Source: Hydrurus foetidus (lineage: Eukaryota). Taken from it: a stretch of 64,000 bases of DNA. Under the pieces are notes generated by a model that worked only from the letters and a program-made list of their open reading frames with translations, made no database searches and was not told the origin of the DNA. Of this stretch, positions 30,810 through 40,340 are shown piece by piece. A program made the translations under genes and the position numbers. Location of the stretch: positions 3,100,001-3,164,000 of the forward strand of contig UYFQ01000001.1 of assembly GCA_900617105.1 (NCBI GenBank). The letters run 5' to 3'. Position 1 is the stretch's first letter, and every line of letters begins with the position of its first letter.

Positions 30810-31311
30810 GCCTGCTGATCAAGCCGGCTAGCGCATGCTGCACGGTGACAGCCCGCACTGCTGCCCGGCCACCGTCAAAATGCATGACTTCTGACGTTAG
30901 CGTACCGGCGACTGAAAAGCCAAACCACACGGTGCCCACGGGTTTGTCCATGCTGCCGCCCGTTGGCCCGGCAACGCCGGTTACGGCCACTGCCACCTGC
31001 GCACGCGAGTGTCGAACAGCGCCAAAAGCCATTGCGCGCGCTACTGGTTCGCTAACTGCGCCGTGCTGCTCGATCAGCGCTGCGTCCACCCCCAGCATAT
31101 CGGTTTTAGCGGCGTTGGAATAGGTGACAAAACCGCGCTCAAACCAGGCGCTGGACCCCGCCAGGTCGGTGCAGCTTGCTGCAATCATGCCGCCGGTGCA
31201 ACTCTCTGCTGTGGCCAAAAACAGGTCTTTTTTCAGCATAAAATCAGCCAAAAGCCTAATAGATTCAGGCGCAAGCAGCTCACTATTTAATAGCGCATTT
31301 TTGTCAGGCAT
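30793..31311 (-). CDS. cinA: CinA family (NMN deamidase, PncC-like)
   Basis: ATAESCTGG, GFVTYSNAAK, GAVSE, TGVAGPTGG, KPVGTVW. Confidence 0.93.
   Translation of the reverse strand: MPDKNALLNSELLAPESIRLLADFMLKKDLFLATAESCTGGMIAASCTDLAGSSAWFERGFVTYSNAAKTDMLGVDAALIEQHGAVSEPVARAMAFGAVRHSRAQVAVAVTGVAGPTGGSMDKPVGTVWFGFSVAGTLTSEVMHFDGGRAAVRAVTVQHALAGLISRLSSLA
31231..31294 (-). repeat. Family A motif inside cinA
   Basis: rc GCTATTAAATAGTGAGCTGCTTGCGCCTGAATCTATTAGGCTTTTGGCTGATTTT; encodes LLNSELLAPESIRLLADFMLK. Confidence 0.88.
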
Positions 31312-31316
31312 GTCGC

Positions 31317-31862
31317 TCACCAAAACCTCCACAGCGCAATCACCAGCAACGTGCAAAACGCCGCCACAAAATCGTCTAACAAAATGCCAAACCCGCCGCG
31401 CGCGCCTAGCCCTTTAAAGTGCTTATCAGCCCAACCGATGGGGCCCGGCTTGGCGGCATCAAAAAACCTGAACAACAAAAACGCAATAAATTGCCCCAAA
31501 AGGCCAGTCGGCATTACCAGCCACAGCACCAGCCAGAAGGCGACGATTTCGTCCCACACAATGCTGCCCGGGTCGAGCACAGCCATGTGCCTGGCCGTTA
31601 CTGTGCAGGCCCACCAGCCGACCAGCGTTGCGACCAAAATCAGCCAGCCGATTTGCGCCGAACTCAACGACGGCGCCAGCATTAAAAAGGCCAGCCACGC
31701 CCACAGTGTTCCTGCGGTGCCGGGCGCCACGGGGCTTAGCCCCGAGCCAAAGCCCAGCGCAACAAAGTGCGCGGGGTGGGCCAGTAAAAACTTGGCGGTT
31801 GGCTTGAAAGGGGTGGGCGCAGGCTGCGGGGTGTCGGCGACTGGGATTTCATTGAATGTCAT
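31317..31862 (-). CDS. pgpA: Phosphatidylglycerophosphatase A
   Basis: GFGSGLSPVAPGTAGT, DPGSIVWDEI, FRFFDAAKP, GILLDD. Confidence 0.95.
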   Translation of the reverse strand: MTFNEIPVADTPQPAPTPFKPTAKFLLAHPAHFVALGFGSGLSPVAPGTAGTLWAWLAFLMLAPSLSSAQIGWLILVATLVGWWACTVTARHMAVLDPGSIVWDEIVAFWLVLWLVMPTGLLGQFIAFLLFRFFDAAKPGPIGWADKHFKGLGARGGFGILLDDFVAAFCTLLVIALWRFW

Positions 31863-31921
31863 ACACCGCAATGGTAGTCGCGTGCGGTGCAAGCTGCGCA
31901 GCTTTGCGGTATGGTGGTCAT

Positions 31922-32404
31922 ATGGTTAAAACTTCACAGCTCAGTTGGATGGCTGCAGCATGTTTGCTGCTGGCGGGTTGCGCGGCAGAGCACGCTGCGC
32001 CCGGCACGCCGCGCGCCGATGTACTGGCCACTTACGGCCAACCCACGCGCGAGGTGCCGTTGGCCAGCGGCACCCGCCTGCAGTATTCGCGGCTGCCTTC
32101 AGGCCAAACCGCCGTGATGGTGGACCTTGATTCAGCTGGCCGCGTGGTGTCTAGCCGGCAGGTGCTGCGGCGCGCAGAGTTTGACCGCATCGCGTTGGGG
32201 CAATGGAGTCGCCGCGATATTGAGCGTGAATTTGGCCCGCCTTTTAATGTCGACCGCGTTGCGTCTTGGCCCGGGGACATCATGACTTACACGTTTAAAG
32301 AAGGCGGGATCGATTTGTTTTTTTACGTGTACCTGGATGCTGCCCAAGTAGTGCAGCGCACCGGGCAGGCGATGGATACGCGGCGTGACCCAGTACGAGA
32401 CTAG
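31922..32404 (+). CDS. Lipoprotein (BamE/SmpA-like repeats)
   Basis: Lipobox LAGC; two short repeated alpha/beta units. Confidence 0.7.
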   Translation: MVKTSQLSWMAAACLLLAGCAAEHAAPGTPRADVLATYGQPTREVPLASGTRLQYSRLPSGQTAVMVDLDSAGRVVSSRQVLRRAEFDRIALGQWSRRDIEREFGPPFNVDRVASWPGDIMTYTFKEGGIDLFFYVYLDAAQVVQRTGQAMDTRRDPVRD

Positions 32405-32417
32405 CTACCTGTAGGTT

Positions 32418-32482
32418 TGCTATTAATACCGGAGCTGCTCGCGCCTGTATTTATTGAGTAACATCGCTAAAAAGCTTGCAAA
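32418..32482 (+). repeat. Family A motif
   Basis: TGCTATTAATACCGGAGCTGCTCGCGCCTGTATTTATTGAG. Confidence 0.85.
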
Positions 32483-32499
32483 AAGGCCCTAAATAGCCG

Positions 32500-33723
32500 T
32501 TAAATCATTCGACCAATATCAGGCCAGCGGCGGTGCAGGTACAGCCAGGCGACCAAACCTATGCACATCATGGCCAGCGACGCCGCTGCCAGCGCCACGG
32601 TCGAATGCAGCACCAGCGGAACCAGCAGCCCGGCCACCAAGCCGTTGGCAGTTGACGCCACAAAAGACTGCATCGACGACGCCATGCCGCGCCGCTCCGG
32701 GTACAAGTCCAGCACCAGCAGCGTGACTACCGGCATCATCATGGCCCAGCCGATTGAAAACAGGCCAATCGGCAGCAACGCCCACGACACATGGGCGGTA
32801 AACAGCAAATTGGCCAGCAAGTTCAGGCTGGACACCACCAGCATGATGACAAAGCCGTGGCGTATTTGCTGCTTGGCCGGTATCTTGCCCGCCAGTCGCC
32901 CGCTAAGCCACGCGCCCAGCATGATGCCGCCAATCGTAATGACAAAGAACTTGTAAAACTCAGTGGGCGGCAACTGCAAGTGCTCACCCAAAAACGCGGG
33001 CGCTGCCAGCACATACAAAAACATGCCGTTAAAGGGCAGGCCACTGGCAAAGGCCAGCAGTAAAAACTTCGGGTCACTGCCCAACTGCCGGTAGCCCGCC
33101 AGCAAGTGCGGCGCATTAAACGGCTGGCGCTGCGTACTGTCTAGCGTTTCGGGCAAGTACTTGAAGTTAATGGCCCACAGCAGTGCGCCCACGCCCGTTA
33201 AAAACCAAAAAATCGCGTGCCAGTTGGCGTGCACAAATAGCCAGCCGCCGACAATGGGCGCAATGGCCGGCGCCACGCCAAAGTAAATCGTGATCTGACT
33301 CATCACCTGCTGGGCCTGCGCGGGGGGAAACATATCGCGCACAATCGCCCGCGCCACCACAATGCCTGCGCCTGCCGACAAGCCCTGCAGTCCCCTGAAA
33401 AACACCAGCTGGCCAATGTCTTGCGACAGCGCGCAACCGGCAGACGCCAGCGTAAAAATAGCCACGCCCCACAGCACCACGGGCCTGCGGCCCACGCTGT
33501 CTGACAGCGCACCGTGAAACAAACTCATCAGCGCAAAGCCAAACAAATAGCTCGACAGCGTTTGCTGCATTTGCACCGGTGTGGCGCCAAGTGAGGCAGC
33601 AATACCCGCAAATGCAGGCAAAAATGTATCAATTGAAAACGGCCCCAACATGCCCAGCAGCGCCAGCAGCACAGCCAGCGCCCAGCGGGGGCCGGGCCAC
33701 AATTTATCTGCGTTGGGGTTCAC
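32500..33723 (-). CDS. Bcr/CflA-family MFS efflux transporter
   Basis: PFSIDTFLPAF, GALSDSVGRRPV, ARAIVRD, LPETL. Confidence 0.92.
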   Translation of the reverse strand: MNPNADKLWPGPRWALAVLLALLGMLGPFSIDTFLPAFAGIAASLGATPVQMQQTLSSYLFGFALMSLFHGALSDSVGRRPVVLWGVAIFTLASAGCALSQDIGQLVFFRGLQGLSAGAGIVVARAIVRDMFPPAQAQQVMSQITIYFGVAPAIAPIVGGWLFVHANWHAIFWFLTGVGALLWAINFKYLPETLDSTQRQPFNAPHLLAGYRQLGSDPKFLLLAFASGLPFNGMFLYVLAAPAFLGEHLQLPPTEFYKFFVITIGGIMLGAWLSGRLAGKIPAKQQIRHGFVIMLVVSSLNLLANLLFTAHVSWALLPIGLFSIGWAMMMPVVTLLVLDLYPERRGMASSMQSFVASTANGLVAGLLVPLVLHSTVALAAASLAMMCIGLVAWLYLHRRWPDIGRMI

Positions 33724-33856
33724 CTGGACACCTTCATAAATTCATTTTTCAGGCGAATTGCTGCGTTGCTTGGTGCTCGCAATCCTCATGCACACAAGTG
33801 CATTCCGGTGTGCTGCGCGCCAAGCGCCTCGCACTTCATCCTGAAAATTTGAATTT

Positions 33857-34756
33857 CTAAAGATGTCCATCGTTTTTTAATCTCAGAGCGGTATCGTATA
33901 AACCGTTACGCGGTGCGCCGGTAATGTCTGCAGCCAGCTTGACTGCAGTTTTAAGCGGCAGCTCGGCCAGCAACAGTCGCAAAACACGCGCTCCATCGTC
34001 AGCGGCGGGCGCGACTTGCAGCGGGTGCAGCACCAGCACAAACTCACCGCGCGTGCGCTGCGGCCCGGCGGCCAGCCATTCAGACAGCTGACTCGCAGGT
34101 GTGGTGGCGATTTCTTCAAACTGTTTTGTGAGCTCGCGGCAAACGGTAACCAGCCGCTCGCCCAGCGGCGTCATGGCTGCTGCCAGCGCTTCAATGCGGT
34201 GCGGCGCTTCCATAATGACAACGGCTTTGGCATCAAGCTGCAGTGCGGCAATCGCAGTGTCGCGCTCGCCTGCCTTGCTGGGTAAAAACCCCGCAAACAC
34301 AAAGCCTGAATCGCCGGTCACACCTGCGGCGCTAAGTGCTGTGGTCACACTGCTCGCACCGGGCAGCGGCATCACGCGCAAGCCCGCACTGCGCACAGCT
34401 GCCACCAGCCGCGCGCCGGGGTCGCTCACGGCAGGCGTACCCGCATCGCTCACGTAAGCCACGCGTTCACCGCGCTTGAGGCGGTCAATCACGCCCACAG
34501 CGGCTTCAAGTTCATTGTGTTCATGCACGGCAAGCAGCGGTTTTTCAATACCGAATTGGCGCAGCAAACCTTGCGTGTGGCGGGTGTCTTCGCAGCCAAT
34601 TGCATCGGCCAGTTGCAGCACGTGCAGCGCGCGCAAACTGATGTCAGCCAAATTGCCAATCGGCGTGGCCACCACATACAGCGTGCTCTGCGGATAATGC
34701 TGCATGCCGGCAGCAAGGGTTGCTGCGGCCAAGGCTGAGTCGAAAGAAGCGTTCAA
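33857..34756 (-). CDS. rsmI: 16S rRNA (cytidine1402-2'-O)-methyltransferase
   Basis: LYVVATPIGNLADIS.RA, CEDTRHT, VSDAGTPAVSDPG, RELTKQFE; TTG start inferred. Confidence 0.95.
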   Translation of the reverse strand: MNASFDSALAAATLAAGMQHYPQSTLYVVATPIGNLADISLRALHVLQLADAIGCEDTRHTQGLLRQFGIEKPLLAVHEHNELEAAVGVIDRLKRGERVAYVSDAGTPAVSDPGARLVAAVRSAGLRVMPLPGASSVTTALSAAGVTGDSGFVFAGFLPSKAGERDTAIAALQLDAKAVVIMEAPHRIEALAAAMTPLGERLVTVCRELTKQFEEIATTPASQLSEWLAAGPQRTRGEFVLVLHPLQVAPAADDGARVLRLLLAELPLKTAVKLAADITGAPRNGLYDTALRLKNDGHL

Positions 34757-35178
34757 TGTGGTTTTCCAAAAATCAGGGTCTGCAGGCACCGCCCGTTCAG
34801 GGTACCACCAAGGCGGCGGGCGACGCAGCTGAGGCGCTGGCGTTAGCGCATTTGTGCGCTGCTGGGCTGAAGCTTCTGCACACCAATTATCGAACACCCG
34901 GCCGTGGGGGCGGCGAGATTGACCTGGTCATGGCCGACAAAGACGGCACGCTCGTTTTTGTGGAAGTGCGCCACCGCACCAGCGCCTCGCACGGCGGCGC
35001 AGGCGCCAGCATCAGCGCGGTCAAGCAGCGGCGCATCGTGTTTGCTGCGCGGCATTATTTGACGAGGTACCGAAGCCTGCCGCCTTGCCGCTTTGATGTG
35101 GTGCTGATCAATGGGGCGCTGACGAGTGATGTGCCTGTGGCTATTGAATGGCTGAGGTCTGCGTTTGATGCGTTTTAG
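34756..35178 (+). CDS. yraN: YraN family protein
   Basis: G.AAE..A, NYR..GGEIDLVM, LVFVEVR, CRFDVV. Confidence 0.93.
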   Translation: MWFSKNQGLQAPPVQGTTKAAGDAAEALALAHLCAAGLKLLHTNYRTPGRGGGEIDLVMADKDGTLVFVEVRHRTSASHGGAGASISAVKQRRIVFAARHYLTRYRSLPPCRFDVVLINGALTSDVPVAIEWLRSAFDAF

Positions 35179-35249
35179 GTTAGTGCAGCTGTAACCAGGC
35201 GTGCTTGCCAGCTTGGCGCTGCATGCAGCTGTGCGGCTATCATCAACAT

Positions 35250-35849
35250 ATGCTCGAACAACGAATTGAACAGCACTTTATCGATAGCGCGGACTTAAAG
35301 TACCAGTCGGCACAAGTTCTATCCAAGCCGATAGCGGCAGCCGTTCAGGCCATATTGGCCAGCGTGACCAGTGGCGGCAAAGTATTGGCTTGCGGCAATG
35401 GCGGCTCGGCTGCTGATGCGCAGCACTTTGCTGCAGAGTTTGTGGGCCGTTACGAGCGCGAGCGGCCTGAGCTGGCGGCTATTGCCTTGACGACTGACAG
35501 CTCGATACTCACGGCCATTGCCAACGACTACGACTTCAATGTGATTTTTTCAAAGCAGGTACGCGCATTCGGCGGGCCTGGCGATGTGCTTCTGGCGCTC
35601 AGCACCAGCGGTAATTCTGGCAACGTGCTCGCGGCGATTGAAGCGGCGCATGAACGCGACATGACGGTGGTAGCGCTAACGGGTAAAGGCGGCGGAAAAA
35701 TGACCCACGCCCTGCGTGAAACCGACGTGCATATTTGCGTGCCGCACGACCGCACCGCCCGCATTCAAGAAGTCCACTTGCTGGTGCTGCACTGCATTTG
35801 CGATGGCGTCGACACCCAATTACTTGGCGATCAGGAATCTGTACTTTAA
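35250..35849 (+). CDS. Phosphoheptose isomerase GmhA / DiaA-like SIS protein
   Basis: ACGNGGSAADAQHFAAE, STSGNS, TARIQEVH; yraN-SIS-BON synteny. Confidence 0.9.
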   Translation: MLEQRIEQHFIDSADLKYQSAQVLSKPIAAAVQAILASVTSGGKVLACGNGGSAADAQHFAAEFVGRYERERPELAAIALTTDSSILTAIANDYDFNVIFSKQVRAFGGPGDVLLALSTSGNSGNVLAAIEAAHERDMTVVALTGKGGGKMTHALRETDVHICVPHDRTARIQEVHLLVLHCICDGVDTQLLGDQESVL

Positions 35850-35857
35850 GGAACACC

Positions 35858-36538
35858 ATGACAAAACACGTGCTATCACGCTCTGCATTTCAATTAACCA
35901 CTCTGGCCATTGCCGGGGCTATTGCCTTGACCAGTCTTGCCAGCCTGACGGCTTGCGTGCCGCTGGTAATTGGCGGGGCCATGGTAGGCGGCACGATGGT
36001 GGCCATTGACAGGCGCACGTCTGGCGCGCAGCTGGAAGACGAAGGCATTGAGCTGCGCGCGGCCAGCCGCATTCGCACCAACGTGGGCGACCGGGTTCAC
36101 GTGAACGTGACCAGCTACAACCGCCAGGTGTTGGTCACCGGCGAAGTGCCTAACGAGCAAGACAAACTGCTGGTCGGGCAAATTGTTTCCAAGGTCGAAA
36201 ACGTCGGCTCTGTCGTCAATGAACTGGCCGTGCTGGGCATTTCAACACTGGCTCAGCGCTCGTCTGATGTGCTGGTAACTGGCCGCATCAAAGCGGCGCT
36301 CATTGACAGCAAAGACTTGATTTCTAACGCCTTTAAAGTGGTTACCGAACGCGGCACCACCTACTTGATGGGTCGCGTTACCCCGCGCGAAGCAGACCGC
36401 GCCACCGCCATTGCGCGCAGCACCTCAGGCGTGCAAAAAGTGGTCCGCGTGTTTGAGAACATTTCAGAAGAAGAACTGACCCGCATGACGCCCGCGCCTG
36501 CCAAGCCGGACGCTAACAAAACGCAGCCGACCAATTGA
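35858..36538 (+). CDS. Dual BON-domain lipoprotein (DolP/YraP-like)
   Basis: Lipobox LTAC, DRRTSGAQLEDEGIE, VLVTGEVP, YLMGRVT. Confidence 0.9.
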   Translation: MTKHVLSRSAFQLTTLAIAGAIALTSLASLTACVPLVIGGAMVGGTMVAIDRRTSGAQLEDEGIELRAASRIRTNVGDRVHVNVTSYNRQVLVTGEVPNEQDKLLVGQIVSKVENVGSVVNELAVLGISTLAQRSSDVLVTGRIKAALIDSKDLISNAFKVVTERGTTYLMGRVTPREADRATAIARSTSGVQKVVRVFENISEEELTRMTPAPAKPDANKTQPTN

Positions 36539-36585
36539 TTTTGCGAGTCTGTAGTGTTGGCTGTGTTAATCCACGCCAGTGGGGG

Positions 36586-37491
36586 CTAACGCAGCCGTTT
36601 GACCAGGCTTGATGTGTCCCAGCGCTGCCCGCCCAGTGCCTGTACATCGGCGTAAAACTGATCGACCAGCGCCGTAACCGGCAAGCGTGCGCCGTTTCGC
36701 TTGGCTTCGTCTAGCACCAAGCCCAAGTCCTTGCGCATCCAGTCGACGGCAAAGCCAAAGTCAAACTTGTCGGCTACCATGGTTTTACCGCGGTTGTCTA
36801 GCTGCCAGCTTTGCGCCGCGCCTTTGCCAATCACGTCTAGCACCTGGTTTACGTCAAGCCCAGCCTTTTGGCCAAATGCCACCGCTTCGCTCAAGCCCTG
36901 CACAAGCCCGGCAATACAAATTTGATTGACCATTTTGGTGAGCTGACCCGAGCCGCTGTCGCCCATCAAGGCAAACGCTTTTGAAAAGTTCATGCCGACA
37001 GGTTTAACTGCGTCAAAAGCCGCAGCATCGCCGCCGCACATCACCGTCAGCGCACCGTTTTGTGCGCCAGCTTGCCCGCCCGATACGGGTGCATCGACAA
37101 AATGCCGGCCTAACTTTTTAGCTGCTGCGTAAAGTTCGCGCGCGACATCAGCAGACGCGGTGGTGTGGTCAACCAATATGGCGCCGGGCTTCATGCCGGC
37201 AAACGCGCCGTCTGGTCCAAGCACCACGCTGCGCAAGTCGTTGTCATTGCCCACGCAACAAAAAACAATATCAGCGCCGGTAGCCACAGCTCGCGGCGTC
37301 AAGCTATGTGTAGCGCTCTGAAATTCTGCACAAAACGCTACTGATTTAGTAGCGGTTCGGTTATACACGCTGACCTGATGACCCGCAGCAGCCAAGTGGC
37401 CCGCCATGGGGTAACCCATCACGCCTAAGCCTAAAAAGGCAACTTTTTGTGGCGCAGTAGATTCATAAGCGCGGGAATTGATGGACGGCAT
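36586..37491 (-). CDS. NAD(P)-dependent oxidoreductase (3-hydroxyisobutyrate dehydrogenase family)
   Basis: FLGLGVMGYPMA, DAPVSGGQAGA, KMVNQI. Confidence 0.92.
   Translation of the reverse strand: MPSINSRAYESTAPQKVAFLGLGVMGYPMAGHLAAAGHQVSVYNRTATKSVAFCAEFQSATHSLTPRAVATGADIVFCCVGNDNDLRSVVLGPDGAFAGMKPGAILVDHTTASADVARELYAAAKKLGRHFVDAPVSGGQAGAQNGALTVMCGGDAAAFDAVKPVGMNFSKAFALMGDSGSGQLTKMVNQICIAGLVQGLSEAVAFGQKAGLDVNQVLDVIGKGAAQSWQLDNRGKTMVADKFDFGFAVDWMRKDLGLVLDEAKRNGARLPVTALVDQFYADVQALGGQRWDTSSLVKRLR
37309..37353 (-). repeat. Degenerate family A motif inside the oxidoreductase
   Basis: rc GCTACTAAATCAGTAGC-GTTTTGTGCAGAATTTCAGAGCGCTACA; spacing to GCTACA matches the consensus. Confidence 0.55.
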
Positions 37492-37511
37492 ATTGGTGGT
37501 TATTTAGTTGG

Positions 37512-37895
37512 TCAAAGAGCATATTGTGCGACACCCAGACCAAACGACCAGTTCTCTCGATGGGTTTCAAGCAAGTTGATGATGACGTCTTCTGCCTTGA
37601 AACTGCTGGTGTGCGCAATGTCGGCAGCAACTTTGGCATAGAAGGCTTTTTTCACCGCGAGGCTGCGGCCCGGCGAACAACTGATTTGTGCAAACACCAC
37701 ATGCTGAGAATGTGAAATGCCCAGAAAATCGGGCGTGCAAATCAGCTCGTCGGGACGGTGTTTGTGAATGGCTTGAAACCGATCGGACTCCGGCACATTA
37801 AACGTCGCCACTAGTGCGTTGTGCACCGCAGCCGACACAGCGGCAATATCAGCGGGAAGGGTGGTTTGCGGCGAGCTGATGTGAACAAGAGGCAT
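37512..37895 (-). CDS. Tautomerase family protein
   Basis: N-terminal catalytic Pro (MPLVHIS), DRFQ, GRS..KK.FY, ENWSFGLG. Confidence 0.88.
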   Translation of the reverse strand: MPLVHISSPQTTLPADIAAVSAAVHNALVATFNVPESDRFQAIHKHRPDELICTPDFLGISHSQHVVFAQISCSPGRSLAVKKAFYAKVAADIAHTSSFKAEDVIINLLETHRENWSFGLGVAQYAL

Positions 37896-38032
37896 GGGAA
37901 ATCCTTTAAAAAATTGCGGGGCGTTCCGCGATATGAACGTGACCACAGTGTCTGTGTCTGCACGCGCTGGCGAAACCCCGTAAGCTGCACAATGCTTATG
38001 CTGAAATTGCACAAATAAAAAATTGACACCAC

Positions 38033-38947
38033 ATGAAAAACCTGAACCTCGACGACTTCGCACTGTTCATTGAGGTGGCGGCTGCACAATCGCTGTCGAA
38101 AGTGGCGCGCGAAAGGCAAGTGGCGGCCAGCCAGGTGTCCAGGCACTTTGCCCGTATCGAGACTGAATGCGGACTACAGCTGGCGCACCGTACTACCCAC
38201 AGCTTGTCGCTGACGGACGAAGGTGAGCTATTTCTTGAGTACGCCCGCCGTATCGCTGAAGAGCACGCCCAGCTGCGCAGCAGCGTTGCAACGCGCGCAC
38301 AAGGGATCAGTGGAACAGTGCGAATAAGCGTTGGTCAGCTGTTTGCGCAATACGTGGTGATACCGCACCTTGCCAAACTCCAGCAAAAGCACGCCAGTCT
38401 GCTAATTGACCTGCACATTGACGACCGACTGGTCAACATGGCGTACGAAGGCATAGACATCGCCGTGCGAGCGGGCGTGCCGCCCCAAGATACCGTGATT
38501 GCTCGCGATTTGGGCCGTCATGGGCGGGCGTTGTACGCGTCGCCCGCTTACCTCAAAAAACACGGTACACCGCGTGAGCCAGCAGATTTGCAGGGGCACA
38601 AGCTGATCACCAACAGCGCTGTGGCTGCCCACAACCGCTGGCCATTTTTAGTTAAAAACGAGACAGTGTACGAACAAGTGCGTGGCCAAGTGCGGGTAAA
38701 CAGCAGCGCGGCGGTAGTGTTGCTTACTTTAAACGGCGGAGGCATCGGGCGTATCAATGACTTAGTGGGCAACCGACTGGTGTTGGAAGGGCAGCTCAAA
38801 CCCGTGCTGGCAAAGTACAAAACAGCCGAGCAGTACCCGGTTTATGCGGCCATTCTTGCCGAGCGGAACCGGGCCCCCAAAATCCGCGCGACAACGGACT
38901 TTTTAATGCTCTGTTTTGCGGCGTTTAAACGAGAACAAACTAGTTAA
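38033..38947 (+). CDS. LysR-family regulator, divergent from the tautomerase
   Basis: SLSKVARE..ASQVSR..IE..CG..L.HRTTHSLSLT. Confidence 0.92.
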   Translation: MKNLNLDDFALFIEVAAAQSLSKVARERQVAASQVSRHFARIETECGLQLAHRTTHSLSLTDEGELFLEYARRIAEEHAQLRSSVATRAQGISGTVRISVGQLFAQYVVIPHLAKLQQKHASLLIDLHIDDRLVNMAYEGIDIAVRAGVPPQDTVIARDLGRHGRALYASPAYLKKHGTPREPADLQGHKLITNSAVAAHNRWPFLVKNETVYEQVRGQVRVNSSAAVVLLTLNGGGIGRINDLVGNRLVLEGQLKPVLAKYKTAEQYPVYAAILAERNRAPKIRATTDFLMLCFAAFKREQTS

Positions 38948-40080
38948 ACAATCGCAAAGTTCTCAGTACCTGCAGCCAGATCAACCGACTTCGCACGCTG
39001 CGAATTCAGCTTGATTTGCAGCCGCAAGTCGTTCACTGAGTCAGCGTTGCGCAGCGCGTCGTCATAGGTAATCAGATTGGCTTCAAACGCATCAAACAGA
39101 GCTTGGTCAAAGGTTTGCATGCCGAGGTTGCGGCTCTTTTTCATGATCTCCTTGATCTCAGAGACTTCGCCTTTAAAAATCAAGTCGGAAATCAGTGGTG
39201 TGTTCAGCATGACTTCGACCACAGCAACGCGGCCTTTGCTGTTCTGCCTGGTGATCAGGCGCTGCGACACCATTGCCCTGAGGTTCAGCGACAAGTCCAT
39301 CAGCAATTGCTGGCGGCGCTCTTCGGGAAAGAAGTTAATGATGCGGTCCAGCGCCTGATTGGCGCTGTTGGCGTGCAGCGTGCATATGCACAGGTGGCCG
39401 GTTTCAGCAAAGGTAATGGCGTGTTCCATGGTTTCGCGGTCGCGAACCTCGCCCATCAAAATCACGTCGGGCGCCTGGCGCAAAGAGTTTTTAAGCGCGG
39501 CTTCCCAACTATCAGTGTCCAGGCCTACTTCGCGCTGGGTAACTACGCAGTTTTTGTGTGGGTGCACAAACTCCACCGGGTCTTCAATCGTGATGATGTG
39601 GCCGTACGACTGCTCATTGCGCCAGTCGACCATAGCCGCCAGCGATGTAGATTTACCCGAACCCGTAGCACCGACCAAAATAGCGAGCCCGCGTTTGCTC
39701 ATGGCAACCTCTTTTAGCACCTGTGGAATTCCTAGGCCATCAATGGTAGGCAGCGTTGCCGGTATCACCCGCATCACCATGCCCACCTGGCCTTGCTGAA
39801 GAAAGGCATTGACCCGAAAGCGGCCCACGCCCGGCGGGCTGATGGCAAAGTTGCATTCCTTGGTGCGCTCAAATTCGGCGGCCTGCTTGTCGTTCATGAT
39901 GGCGCGCGCCAACGCCAGCGTGTGCCCCGCGTTGAGCGGCTGCGGCGATACCTTGGTGATTTTGCCGTCGACTTTCATCGCAGGCGGAAAGTCACCGGTG
40001 ATGAATAAGTCACTGCCATTGCGGCTGACCATCAACTTTAAAAGGTCGTTGATGAATTTACTGGCCTGGTCGCGTTCCAT
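38944..40080 (-). CDS. pilU: Type IV pilus retraction ATPase PilU
   Basis: GATGSGKSTS, TIEDPVEF, LRQAPDVIL, GMQTFDQ. Confidence 0.95.
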   Translation of the reverse strand: MERDQASKFINDLLKLMVSRNGSDLFITGDFPPAMKVDGKITKVSPQPLNAGHTLALARAIMNDKQAAEFERTKECNFAISPPGVGRFRVNAFLQQGQVGMVMRVIPATLPTIDGLGIPQVLKEVAMSKRGLAILVGATGSGKSTSLAAMVDWRNEQSYGHIITIEDPVEFVHPHKNCVVTQREVGLDTDSWEAALKNSLRQAPDVILMGEVRDRETMEHAITFAETGHLCICTLHANSANQALDRIINFFPEERRQQLLMDLSLNLRAMVSQRLITRQNSKGRVAVVEVMLNTPLISDLIFKGEVSEIKEIMKKSRNLGMQTFDQALFDAFEANLITYDDALRNADSVNDLRLQIKLNSQRAKSVDLAAGTENFAIV

Positions 40081-40156
40081 TTAGAACTCCTTCAAATAGC
40101 TACTGAAAACAGCACGCTAGGTGGCGTACATGAGTAAACGTTCGTTCCCCGTTTTT

Positions 40157-40333
40157 TAAGCAGGGGCCGCGGAACTGGCTTTGCCAGGCCGCAGGCGCAG
40201 CGGCCCCCTCGGGGGGCAGCGGCCACACGCAGTGGGCAAGCGTGGGGGCGACAGGCCTTGGCTTTGCCAGGCCACAGGCGTAGCGGCCCCCTCGGGGGGC
40301 AGGGCGCTACACGCAGTGAGCAACCGTGGGGGC
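40157..40333 (-). repeat. Family B element, two tandem units, between pilT and pilU
   Basis: Two copies of GGCTTTGCCAGGCC.CAGGCG.AGCGGCCCCCTCGGGGGGCAG..ACACGCAGTG.GCAA.CGTGGGGG. Confidence 0.88.
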
Positions 40334-40340
40334 AACATTT

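Noticed and set aside
40156..40338. Short ORFs at 6393-6581, 8134-8364 and 40156-40338 with similar peptides
   Set aside because: They are translations of family B repeats, with no evidence that they are genes.
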